DNA from: Vicugna vicugna
Taxonomy: Eukaryota
Direction: 5' to 3'
Length of the DNA: 64,000 nt
Assembly (NCBI GenBank): GCA_013265495.1
Contig: MU058714.1
Span: 992,001-1,056,000 of the forward strand
Each line of letters starts with the position of its first letter. Within the stretch, counting starts at the first letter, position 1. The position numbers and the translations under genes are program-made. Of the stretch, positions 12,816 through 24,060 are shown piece by piece. A model generated the notes under the pieces. That model worked only from the letters and a program-made list of their open reading frames with translations, ran no database searches and was not told the origin of the DNA.

Positions 12816-12991
12816 TGTGCCCGCAGGCGCGCCCTGACCCCAGAGCACACTTGTGGACGGAGAGGAAGATGAGGGCAGGGCAGAGCTTCCTGACTCAGAA
12901 GGCGCACAGCAGGCGGCAGGAGAGTTGTGCTAGTAAATGCGGGAGAGGATGCCAGCTACGTGTTCGGTTCTTTGATTTGAAAGCATCGCCT

Positions 12992-13075
12992 GGGGTGGGT
13001 GGAGCCCAGTGATGGAGCAGGTACCTCGCCTGCATGAGGTCCTGGGTCCAGGCCCCAGCACCTCGGTTCAAGAAA
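12992..13075 (+). mobile_element. Degenerate tRNA-derived SINE head (vic-1-like)
   Basis: ggggtgggtggagcccagtgatggagc...tgcatgaggtcctgggtccaggccccagcacctc aligns colinearly with the better-preserved copy at 35011-35138. Confidence 0.65.
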
Positions 13076-13532
13076 AGGGTCGCTTAATTTTCACATGAAT
13101 TCTGACTTTCTGGGTCTGCCGTAAGGCCATCCTACACCCGAGACAAGCAGGGGCAGGCGAGGGCCCCGCTGCCGTGTGGGCGCGAACAGGTGCGTTTGTG
13201 GGGACGCTGCCTTTCGGCCTCTGCGCCCTGTTTTCCTTCGTACTAGAGACCTCGGTTCCCAGGGGGTGGCAGGTCCACCCTGCCTCCCAGCTGCCCCTCA
13301 GCACTGTCAGGCTGCGCGCAGACGCCTGCACATCGGGGCTGTGCAGCCGGGGCTCACAGGGTCACTGGGGAAGGGGATCGGGGCCCTGTGTTCCCGGGGG
13401 AAGGTCCTGTCCTCTGCCCCCCGCCCCAATACCGGCTCCCTCCAGGGGGCGCATACGTGTCACTCCTCAGTGTTGTCGGCAGGCAGTGTGAACACCGTCC
13501 TGGTGGTTTTCAGTTTATCAGGTAAAATTACG

Positions 13533-14167
13533 TGTTAGGACCTGAATCAGGCCAAGGAGCCTGGAGCGTCTGAGTTTGTCCTGAATGAGCTGGATTCTAA
13601 ATATACTGGGCGGATTCCATGGAAACAGGCTCCGGAAGGCTTGGAAGAGCATCAGGGGAGCTTGTGTGTTCCGGGTGTCTTTCTGTGGTTGGGGGCCGTG
13701 AGCATCACCCCGAGTGGGAGCTGACCCCTTGGGATAGAGTCTTGGTTTCCTGCTTTTGCAAATCAGTGCAGGGACTTCTCCACCAGGACCGACTGTTAAT
13801 GACACCAGGGAGGAGCTGGCTGGGAGTAGCCCCCGTTACATCGTGCCCTGCTTCCAAAATGGAGACAAACTGCTTAAGCTGCGAGAAGTTAGATCCTTCC
13901 CTGGGCCGTTGTCCTGACCTCGACTCAACGTAGGGACGTCTGCTTTGACCCTCTGCCCGCAGCCCCCCATCACTCTTTCTGCAGCACAATCGAGAGAACA
14001 AACAGCCCCCTTGCACGCGTCACCCAGATCTCGCTTTTGTCGTGTGCTCTTTGTTTCCTTTTGTGGCTGCTTTTAGTAAACGGCGACGCTGTGGTGTTTC
14101 CCCTCCATACGTAAACACATAACCACAACTGTCGTGACCTTGTCATCTCTTCTGCATCAAAATAACA
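13533..14167. mobile_element. Candidate solo LTR (ERV-like), family unassigned
   Basis: TGTTA...TAACA termini, ~635 bp, agtaaa polyA-like signal before a U5-like tail; no matching TSD. Confidence 0.3.
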
Positions 14168-15600
14168 GGACCCTTGCAGCGTTCGCGTTGTGCCCTTGGG
14201 GTTCTCTCCTGCTGTCAGTCGGCACCGCTCGGGACCCCGGCAAACCCCCAGGCTCCTCCTGGGATCTGGGCAGACAGGGTCCGCTCTCCACCAGGTGCGG
14301 CACGAAGCACAGGCGAGGCGCGCTGTGTCCCCCTGGCCGGTGGGATGGCCAGCTCCCTGTGAGCCGGCTGCCAGGACAGCAGCTCCGGGGCCTTGCCTGT
14401 GGCCTGTCCTGATTACTGGCCCAGAAGCTCCCGAGGAGAGGAGGCCCTTCTGCCCGCTTAAAAGTGGCAGCTAATTAAAGTTTGTAAGTTAGGAGAGTGT
14501 CTTCTACTTTTTTCCCTCCTAATAACACACATGATGTACTGTTTAATTTAGTTGCAAACACCGGATGATTGACACTGTTTCATGTGTGGTTTTGTTTGTT
14601 GCTTTGTCTTTTTTTTAACCTGCTAGATTAAGTGAGATGTCAGGGAACTCGCTTGTTTTATTTTAATAGTGTGTTGCCACTTCGAGCTGTCTCCAAGATT
14701 CCTGACATCCTGGCAGCGTGCTTCACACTCCGAAGGACGTGGCGGATCTGTGGAGGTTCATGGCGTCTCTGTCACCTCCGTCTACGGAGGCCGCAATGCC
14801 AGCCCGTAGGACCCCGGGACGCCAGCCGGCACTCTGGGGGCTGAATCAGAGCTCGAGTAGCAGCCTGCAGTGGGGCTCAGTCCCGCAAGGCCCTTCCTGC
14901 CCCGCATCTGCCCTTTGACCCAGGTGCTGGCTGGGCCTGCCTGGGAGGTGCTGAGTGAGACCCCGGGAGCCCCGTCTTTCCCGCCAGAGCGGGGTCACCC
15001 CTCCAGAGAGCGCCAGCCTGGGAGCTCTCGTCCAGGATTCCTCTGAGCTCAGTCTCCAGCCCCCCTCCTCCCTGAGGTCAGAGGTTGGAGGTCAGCATGG
15101 GGCTGAAAGTCCTCACCTGTCATCCAGGTCTGGTCCCCCTGGTGAGCAGCCCCCACCCCAGTCACCTGAGCAGCACGAACTCAGGTGTGGTCACACGGGG
15201 CTCCGGCAAGGAGGCAGCACATGCCTGGTGCCCTCAGTGAAGTGATAGAAAAGTGGGCTCTGAAAAAATGAATATTGAGATGAGAAAACTGTACATCAGG
15301 ATGAAAAGAGAACTAGCAAGGGAAGGAACACTTTAAGAAGCCAAGGTTAGTTCCAAAGTTTGGGCGACCTTAGAATCGGTCAGAAGTAGAGTATAGGAAA
15401 CAGAAAGCAATTTTAAAAAGTGAGAAGCAAGAAAAATGAAACAGTGAAGACTCAACAAACAGATACTTATCCCCGAAACATGGGATGGAAGACATGATAA
15501 CGAAACAGTGTGAGCCTGGGCCGTGCCTCAGCCAGCGGGAGCTTGCCCGCTCTCTGCAGGGAGCTGCCCCAACTGGGCGCCAGGCCCGACAGGTGCGGTG

Positions 15601-15669
15601 TGTCTGCACACGCACAGACACACCTGTACACACACAGACACACACACCTGTACACACACACATACCTGT

Positions 15670-15700
<31 letters not shown>

Positions 15701-15852
15701 TACCCACAGACACACAGATATACACACACCCCCACAGATATATACACACCTGTACACAGACACACATACACACCTGCACACACGTGTACATACACACACA
15801 GAGGGGCACACACGCACGCACAGATGTGCACAGACACACACGTGTACACATG
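15601..15852. repeat. Degenerate (CA)-rich low-complexity tract with recurring CACACCTGTACA
   Basis: Directly visible; explains the stacked His/Thr and Cys/Val ORFs at 15370-15977. Confidence 0.95.
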
Positions 15853-15949
15853 TGCGCGTGCTGCCACTGCAAAGACTTCATCGTGAAACACCAGCAGTCA
15901 GCCCTGCGGCGGAGCGGGAGGGCCGTCTGCCTGGCCAAGTGAGCTCGTC

Positions 15950-17420
15950 CAGGGCTGCGCTGGTGGCTTTCTGTTAAGCTGCCTATTAGCAGAATTCATC
16001 ATCTTAATAGGTGAGAGAAGGAAAGTTATCTGATAAAATTAAAAATGAGTTTTAATAAAAACTTGCAATAAAAACAGAAGAATACTTCCTTCACGTGAGG
16101 GAAATTGTCCTCGAGCCCAGCAGCTCCCATCTTGTGCTGATGCCTCAGCGCTGTGTCTCCGTGTGATCTGAGGGCGGGGGTGTCCCAGCTGGAATTCACT
16201 CAACAAACTGTCCTGGAAACACTAAACAATATAATGAGCAGGTATGAGAACGGAGTGAAAGGTGCGCACGTGCTAACAAGAAGGCAGATTTGCATTGTTT
16301 GTGTCTGATCTCAGTTTTAACTTTGCAACAACAGAGGAAGCAATAAAACCCATTGGAAAACTATTAGCGGTAATGTGCGTGCTCAGCAGCGCGACTGGTC
16401 GCTAAGTGAATACAAGTCAGTACCACGGGTGTCCAGGCCGCCACGGGGCGCGGGGTACATGCCATGGCGGGGTCGCGGGGGGCCTTTTAGGTTTTGTAAC
16501 TTTATTATTCCTTAAACTCACATCTGTGTCTTGTGTGCGCTTCATACAGAGTGTACTTCACAATAATTTCCTTAAAATTGTCACCCTTTTTATATATTAC
16601 AAATAGCCAGCGAGGAAATACTGGGTGGGAAAGTAAACCTGGCTCGCAGGAGCAGCAGTAGCAGCGAGAAAGCTGAGCGCCTGGGACAGGTGCGCAGAAG
16701 GTCCACAGCCCTGGCTGATGGGTGCGGAGGGCTGTGTGAACACGTGAAGGGAGCGGCCACGCTGCTACTCCACGCTGAGACAGAAGATTAAGGGTAGAAA
16801 TTCTCCCCAAATTAAACCGTCGATTTGACACACCTTGGTGACGTGCTCTTAAAGGTCAACTGGAAGGGTAGATGTTTGAGAATAGCCATGAAAATTTTTT
16901 TAAAAATTAGGTTTGTAAAAGGAAACTTGTCCTGCTAGTTATTGACATGCATTCTGAAGGCGCGGGTGGAGTAGGAGCTGACATTTGCATCTTTGGAACG
17001 GGGTAGAGAATTCCAGAAACAGCGTCTGTTACGTAAGAGGTTGTCATTTGGAAAAAGAATGAAGTGCTCGGTTATTACCTGGGGCCCACGGCTGACCACT
17101 TGAAATTCTTTTTAATCCCTACCTCTTGCCTTAATAAAATAAATTCCAAATATACTGAGGTTTTAAAGTTAAAAAAAAACTCACAGAAGTACTGTTTCTG
17201 TAACAGCTGCCAGTTAGAATTAAAGAGCTGAAAAGGAAGTGATGGATTTTGTTAGACGCTGCTTTTAAGTTTTGTATGGCAAAGAAAACAACAAGCAAAA
17301 GTTGAAATAAAATTGTAAAATGGGGAGATCGTGTCACGGGTAACCAAGCGTCACTCTGTCCACGTGTAAACACTTAAAGTCACTAAGACAAGAAGGGCGT
17401 AGAGCAGCAACAGGCAAAAG
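15950..17420 (+). mobile_element. Fragmented very old L1 (L1ME-like) ORF2 remnants
   Basis: A-rich blocks resembling L1 RT and 3' ORF2 (e.g. aaggaaagttatctgataaaatt; aaaataaattccaaatatactgaggttttaaag). Confidence 0.45.
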
Positions 17421-19823
17421 GAAGATACAGAGGACCGGAAAAACCCCTGGTCGGCGTCTGCCCTCAGTGACAATCGAAGAAGTCCCAGCGACGCGTCACT
17501 GCTCACCTGTCAGCGAGGGGGAGGGTTTGTTTTCCTTTTCTGTTGATAAACCCAGTATTGGCAAGAAGTCAGAAAGTGTGTGTGCTCAGCCGCGATGAGA
17601 CAGTCAGAGCCGCCTCCCCCAGGAGGGCCGTGCCCGCCCTCCGCGCGCAGGCCGCTGTGCCTCAAGCGCCCGGGACGGCGCGCACACAGACTGAAAAAGG
17701 CGACGTCGTGTGCGTCAGCTCCTGCACTGTGCCTGCTGTACCGGGCCGAGCTACAGGCCAGCATCTGTAATAGTTAGGTTATCTTTATGATTTCAAAGTC
17801 TGACTGCAGAATGTGGTCAGCCTCGAGCCTGGCGCTGTTAGCCTTTCCCTCTTGGTTTTAGGTAGGACGCCCTCCACCGTGGATGAGAAACTCTGGGTTC
17901 TGCTGTCTTCCCCCGAAGAGCGTCCAGCTCTGTGCAGATGGTGTAGTTGGCCTTGTGGCCTCTCGGCTGTAGGGCTGCCTTTGACCTCGGTCCTAGTTCT
18001 GGGGTGTGGCTCTGACTCCCGGACCCTGGTTGTAGCTGAGGGCACGAGCCGTCTGGGCGTCCGTGCAAGCCCCGGGTGTTGATCGCGCCCCCTGACGTGG
18101 CACTGGCCGTCCCCGTCCACGTGCACACGGGGAGCAGGTGTGGAAACCTCCACTGTGCGTGTTCAGCCCCTCAGCTCTGGTGTCCCCGGGGCCCCTTGGG
18201 CCTGGCCCCGCACCCGTGTGGTCAGCCCCGGACTGGAGGAGAGCTTGCTCGGCAAGTTTGGCTCCTGGCCACCTGGGGTTCTGATCTCCCATCCTGGGCG
18301 CTCCCGGGGAGCCCTGTGCCCCGCGCTGTGGGAGTCGGGGAGCCCACGTGGGAAAGCCGGTTAGGGCAGATCTTGCCCAGAGCGCCCTGCCCTCCCCTTT
18401 TGCTTGCTCCATGCTTGTTTTCTGCGTTTGCCCAGAGGCTGTCACTGTTGTTGACAAGGGGATTAGTCAGGTGCAGGCTATTCTGTCGTCAGGAAGGCAG
18501 CGGCCCGGGCAGGAAGTGTGCCTCCGGGGAAGGGACAACGGAGCAGCTCTGTCTGCACAGGGCTCCGAATTGGACTGGAAAATGCGTTTCCTGCGGACCG
18601 TGGCCGTCCGCTGGGGACCCTGAGCCACGTGCAGCCGCTGTCGGAGCCGCGCGGGGGCGGGGGGGGGCAGCCGCGGCTGGCGTGGAGTAAGCAGAAGGGG
18701 GTGTTGGAGGATTGACGGGCGGGGCGTCCGGGCAGCCCACCGCCTGCACCTGGGAGGGCTGCGGCCTGTCGGACAGCTGTGGCCCTGACTTCTGCCGCTT
18801 CTGCTCTGTGGACGGGGAGCACTGGCCGGCGGGGCACGCGGGTCCCCGCACGGAGGCTGCGGGTTGGGAGCCGGTGTCTCACCGGGCTCCATCTTCACAG
18901 CCAGGTCCATTGTCCCCTGGCCTCTAGGTCTATCTGCCGCCTTGACTTTCTCTCCTGTCTCCTGGGTGCGCCGGACCTTGTCCTCGGCCCCTCCCTGAGC
19001 CTGCAGCCCTCCCCAGCCCTCCCCCACGCCTCCCGTCCAGCTAGTGACGCGGAAACGCATTTCACAGGTGTGTTTGTTGCGAGCCTGCTGCTGCTGTTTT
19101 ACTGGGGGTTATTTGTTCTGAATTTTTAAAGCAGGCGAGTTAAATGTTTTCCATTTCTCCCACGACAAATACTGAGTTGCCTGTTCACCCAGCGCTTCCA
19201 TTGATTCTGCCCTGCCAGCTGCCAATCCCCCTGCAGGAAGAAAGGAAGATGGTTCCGGGCCTTCTGTCAGTGCCCATACGTTAGGTGGAGCCCGGCCACC
19301 GCTCAGGGCTCCAGGAAGCCGCCAGCCCTCCAGGAAGGAAGGCTCTGCAGAGAGGACTGAGTCTCACAGCTCTGACTCCTGTGACTTTATGATCATTAAA
19401 ATGCTACCATTGAATTCATTTCTCTTCGCGCTCACAGATTTTCTTTATGTGCCTGGAGGTGGCTCATTGATTCTTGCATCACTCTCTCCAGCTTGCTTCC
19501 TCGAGAAGGAAAACAGAAAAGTGCCGTCTGTTCATCATCCGGGCGGACGCCTCTCCTGTGGAGTCGCCCCGGGCCCAGGGTCAGCCCTGCCGTCCCCCAG
19601 GCGTGTTCCTCTCCTCCCACCGCCGCTCTCGTGTTCCTGCCCCTGGACAGGCTCAGGGAGATTTTCTTCCTAAGCCTAAACGCTGATGGAAAAAAAAATC
19701 TGGCTTTACTTCTTCGGCGTAACAGTCCCCGTCCCCACCTTCCACTCTGATTTTCCTGTGGGACTGTTGCGTTTCCATCCAATATCCCACTGCTGTGACT
19801 CACTCTCCTTTCTCTCTCTGCAG

Positions 19824-19883
19824 GTTTTGCATGCAGAAATGCGTCAGTCTGGTGCCTGGAGTCACGCTGGATCTGATAGAAAA
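19824..19883 (+). CDS. RPTOR: Raptor coding exon (exon 7 equivalent, 60 nt): (W)FCMQKCVSLVPGVTLDLIE(K)
   Basis: Acceptor ctctctctgcag|GTTTTGC, donor GAAAA|gtaagt; in phase with both neighbours. Confidence 0.98.
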
Positions 19884-20205
19884 GTAAGTCAGGTTCTTGA
19901 GCTGTTGTGGCCTCCGGTGTGATGGGAAGTCTCCCGTTTTCACTCTTGATTCTCAGAAGTACCGCCAATCAGCTCAAGATGTTTCCTTTCATGTGGGGTG
20001 TTCTTTTGTTCTCGGATTGAGGTCACGCTTGTGATTGTTATGTCGGGCGTAGCATGGGACACAGCTGAGTGCGGAGCCACGTTAAAAGGAAGGGAAGAAA
20101 AGCTGAACCGTTTTGAACATTTATAAACACTTCCGACACTGAGCCAAAGCCAAGCATGCAGATCCCTGCACACGGAGACCAGTCACGTGCAGGTCAGTCC
20201 CCACA

Positions 20206-21135
20206 CATAGAGATCACTGCGTAGATCACTGCACATAGAGATCTCTGCAGGTAGAGATCACTGCGCGTAGAGATCTCTGCAGGTAGAGATCACTGCACAT
20301 AGAGATCACTGCGCGTAGAGATCACTGCGCGTAGAGATCTCTGCAGGTAGAGATCTCTGCAGGTAGAGATCTCGGTGCATGGAGATCACTGCACGTTGAG
20401 ATCATTGCACATAGAGATCTCTGCAGGTAGAGATCACTGCGCGTAGAGATCTCTGCAGGTAGAGATTACTGCACATAGAGATCACTGCGCGTAGAGATCA
20501 CTGCGCTTAGAGATCTCTGCAGGTAGAGATCTCTGCAGGTAGAGATCTCTGTGCATGGAGATCACTGCACGTTGAAATCATTGCACATAGAGATCTCTGC
20601 AGGTGGAGATCACTGCACGTTGAGATCACTGCACGTAGAGATCTCTGCAGGTAGAGATCGCTGCACGTAGAGATCGCTGTACGTAGAGACCAGTCACTGC
20701 ACGTGCAGGTCGGTCCCCGCACATAGAGATCACTGCGCAGATCACTGCACGTAGAGATCTCTGCAGGTAGAGATCACTGCACATAGAGATCTCTGCAGGT
20801 GGAGATCTCTGCAGGTAGAGATCACTGCACATAGAGATCTCTGCAGGTAGAGATCACTGCACGTAGAGATCTCTGCAGGTAGAGATCACTGCACGTAGAG
20901 ATCGCTGCACATAGAGATCATTGCGTGTAGAGATCTCTGCACATAGATCACTGCACATAGAGATCTCTGCACATAGAGATCACTGCATGTAGAGATTTCT
21001 GCACACAGAGACCAGTCACTGCACGTAGAGATCTCTGCATGTAGAGATCTCTGCACATAGATCACTGCACGTAGAGATCTCTGCACATAGAGATCACTGC
21101 ATGTAGACGTCTCTGCACGTGGAGGTCTCTGCATA
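20206..21135. repeat. Minisatellite of a 16-nt unit, consensus RTAGAGATC(A/T)CTGCA(C/G), roughly 55-60 copies
   Basis: Directly visible tandem units such as gtagagatctctgcag, atagagatcactgcac, gtagagatcactgcac. Confidence 0.97.
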
Positions 21136-23104
21136 TGAAGGTCTGTCTCTGCATATGCAGATCCTAAACTTGACCTGCATTTTTTGTTTATTTGTTTCCA
21201 TGTCCATTTCACTCATCCTGATTCACCAAAGTGGTTCCTAACACTTCTGCACTCAACCCCACTTCCTCTAGAACTGACAGGCAAGATAGGTGTTCTCTAA
21301 GTTTTGATATACAAAATCACGTGCTAAAACAGCGAAGGCCTGAATGTACTTAAACCGGGTAGGAGAAGCAAGCTTCTAGGTTACTCTCCTGGAAAACGAC
21401 TTGCCCACAGATCAGAGGAAACACACAAGAATGTTGGCCTGAACGGTCTCCACAAGGGCATCGTGGACTCAGTGCCCCACTTTCCCATGGGGACTGCTTG
21501 TCACATGGCAGATACGAGGAGGGTGCTGACCACACCATGTCACTGGGTGCGCACGTCTCGAGGCGTGAAGTGAGAATTTGCATTGCACTCTGGGCAGGAG
21601 AGTGGAATTTGGAGCAAGAATCGAGGAGGCACAGTGTGAAGGGACTAATTTTTTCCATCGTGTTTAGTTTTTTTTATGAGAACTTAGATTTGTAAAATGT
21701 AAGTACAAATACAGTTAAGAACGGAATCGACAAAATATAGTTAGGACACCTGCAAGCAATTGATTGAGTATAATTTCACCTATTAAATTTCGGATGAACA
21801 TCTAAGGAAACCGTGTGACTGGCCGTGGCACCGGTTCACTTCAGGAAGCAGTACGGGCTGTGGTGGGGAGGAGGAGGTAATGGGCCCCGGCTGGTGCCAG
21901 CAGGGAGATGAGCAGGCCTGTGGTCCCTCTGCTCCCGTGCGTCTCGGTTTCCACCGCCCTGCGAGCGAGGAGCCGTAGGCGCCGTTGCTGGAAGGGCAGC
22001 GCCGCCAGGGCCGGGCGGGGCTGGGGTGGGGGGTGCACTGACACAGCGGTGCCGCCCGCCTGGTGGGGCCGTGGGGTCGGGCTTGGAGCCCGCAGTAGAG
22101 CTGTGATTGGGGGCCGGGTGCACCAGCTCGGCCGGAGCGGGGACCGCAGACCGCAGTGTGTCCCACTCACAGGGGTCAGGGAGGGCGCCGTCGGGACCTC
22201 TGCGCCCCCCGGTGGTGTGAGGCACAGCGGTGGCGAGCTGCCTCTTCCTTCTTCTCACAGCTGTTTATTGGGCACAAGTACCTTCTGATTTTCTCCAAAT
22301 CGGGGAGAGCTGGTGCGATCTAGTGACGGCAGGGAGTGTGCGCTGCTGGCCGTGCCCCCTCCTGTCTACGTCAGGCGGCCCGTGCCCGTGGGTCACCGCG
22401 CTCGGGCGCTGAGTGTGCACTTCATCTGGCCTCCACGTGGGCCCTTGGCCCGGCCACACCCTCACGACCCCCCTCACCTCCAGGAGGGCTGGGACCAGAG
22501 AGTGCTAAACACACAGTGCAGCCGTCAAGAAGCGCCATGCAGAGAGGAGTCTGAAACGAGAGGACACTTGATCTGCCCGGTCAACTGGCTTGCCTGGTTC
22601 GGTTCCCCGACGAGGTTTCGGTCTGGAGGACGTCCTGTTCGTCACCGAGGTGACCGCCGGTGACTGTGGGTGTCTCCAGAGCTCCTGGGAGCAGGCTCGG
22701 TTGCCTGGCCCTCCCGCACCCCGTCTCGCATGCTGGGCGGGGTCCCGGCTCCATCTCCATCTGGCCTGGCCCCTCCTGGTCACTCAGCACAGTTGTGACC
22801 GTCCCCAACTGAGCTCTGCTCCTGTCTGATGAGCCACAGGGGCCTAGACAGACAGTGTCACGTGTTCTGAGTTCTCTAGACTAAAAAGAGTTCTTAAAAA
22901 TTGCATAATTAAAAAAAATTGTTTTTAAAGTTAGTTAACCCCCGTTTTACTGAAGAGGAACCTGGCATTCAGTTCCCACCCACAGCCTGGCAGCCAGGTC
23001 TCTGGACGTGTCCCTGTGGTCCCTCCCACACGCAGGCCCTCCCTTTACGACTTCGGTGTCTGGACGGTGGCTCCTGTCCTGTCACTGTCTCAGACTTAAA
23101 ATGT

Positions 23105-24060
23105 GCACAGCAACTTGACACCCTAAGCACAATCCTCAAAAGAAGAAATTGGTAAATTGGACTTCATCAAAATTTAAAATGTTTTCTCTCTGGAAGACAG
23201 TGCTGTGAGAGAGAAGAGACAAGCCACAGACTTGGGGAAGATATTTGCAGATCACATAGGTGACAAAGAATGTGCGTCCAGAATTCATGAAGATATTTCC
23301 AAACCCAAAAATTAGAGGAAAATACCCAACTCAACTTAAAAATGAACAAAAGACGTGAAGAAACACTTTACCAAAGAGAATTTAAGAATGGCCAACAAGC
23401 ACACGAGAAGATGCGCCCCATCACTAACCGTTAGGGAAACGCAAATTAACCACAGCAGGACAGCAGAGGGGCCGAAACAAGAAAGGCTGATGGTGCCAGG
23501 GGCCGTGCGTACGTGGGACAGCCAGGCCTCCCCGCGGTGCCGTGCAGAGGCCAAACGGCGCGGCCTCCGTGGACAGGGGTGCGGTCTCTGGCACTTGAAA
23601 CGCCTTCGCCCGTGGGCCTGCTCCCGGGACTCCTCGCAGAGGAGTGGAGGCTGGGCTCAGAGTCCGTACAGGGGAGGTTGTAGTAGCTGTGCTCATCACC
23701 ACCCAAAGCTTAACCAGCGTGTCCTTCGGGGGCGAAAGCGTGAACAGGGGGCACCAGGCCAGGAAGAAGTGAGGGCGGCCGGGCCACAGCCTCACGGGCT
23801 CCTGAAGTCCTGCGTGGGGTGAAAGGGGACCCGGTCTGGCTCCGTTCGTGTGACCTGCAGGAAGAGACGGCAGTGCGGGGTCAGAGAACAGGAGAGTGGA
23901 GGTCGGGAGAGCCGCTCCGAGAGCCCCTGGAGGGGCCGGGGGTGGCGGGAAGCCCCGCCCAAGTGCAGTGGTGGTCGCAGCTACCGGGCTGACGTCACGG
24001 CGCCGCGTGCCCAGAAAAACCAACTCGCCGCGGCACGACTTTGGGTGAGACGCGTGTGTG
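23105..24060 (+). mobile_element. Old L1 (L1M-type) ORF2 3' end and 3'UTR remnant
   Basis: aaattggtaaattggacttcatcaaaatttaaaa...gacaagccacagacttggggaagatatttgca...aagaaacactttaccaaagag...gaatggccaacaagcac matches the L1 3' ORF2. Similarity beyond ~23460 is weaker and GC-shifted. Confidence 0.75.

Noticed and set aside
15370-15977. His/Thr-rich and Cys/Val-rich ORFs
   Set aside because: Translations of the (CA)/(TG) tract.
20206-21135. Minisatellite as a CRISPR array or as coding for a Cys-rich 16-aa repeat (STCSDLYVQRSLHAEI)
   Set aside because: Units are contiguous with no unique spacers and the context is eukaryotic. The 16-aa period is simply three 16-nt units, and the frames are repeatedly closed by stops.
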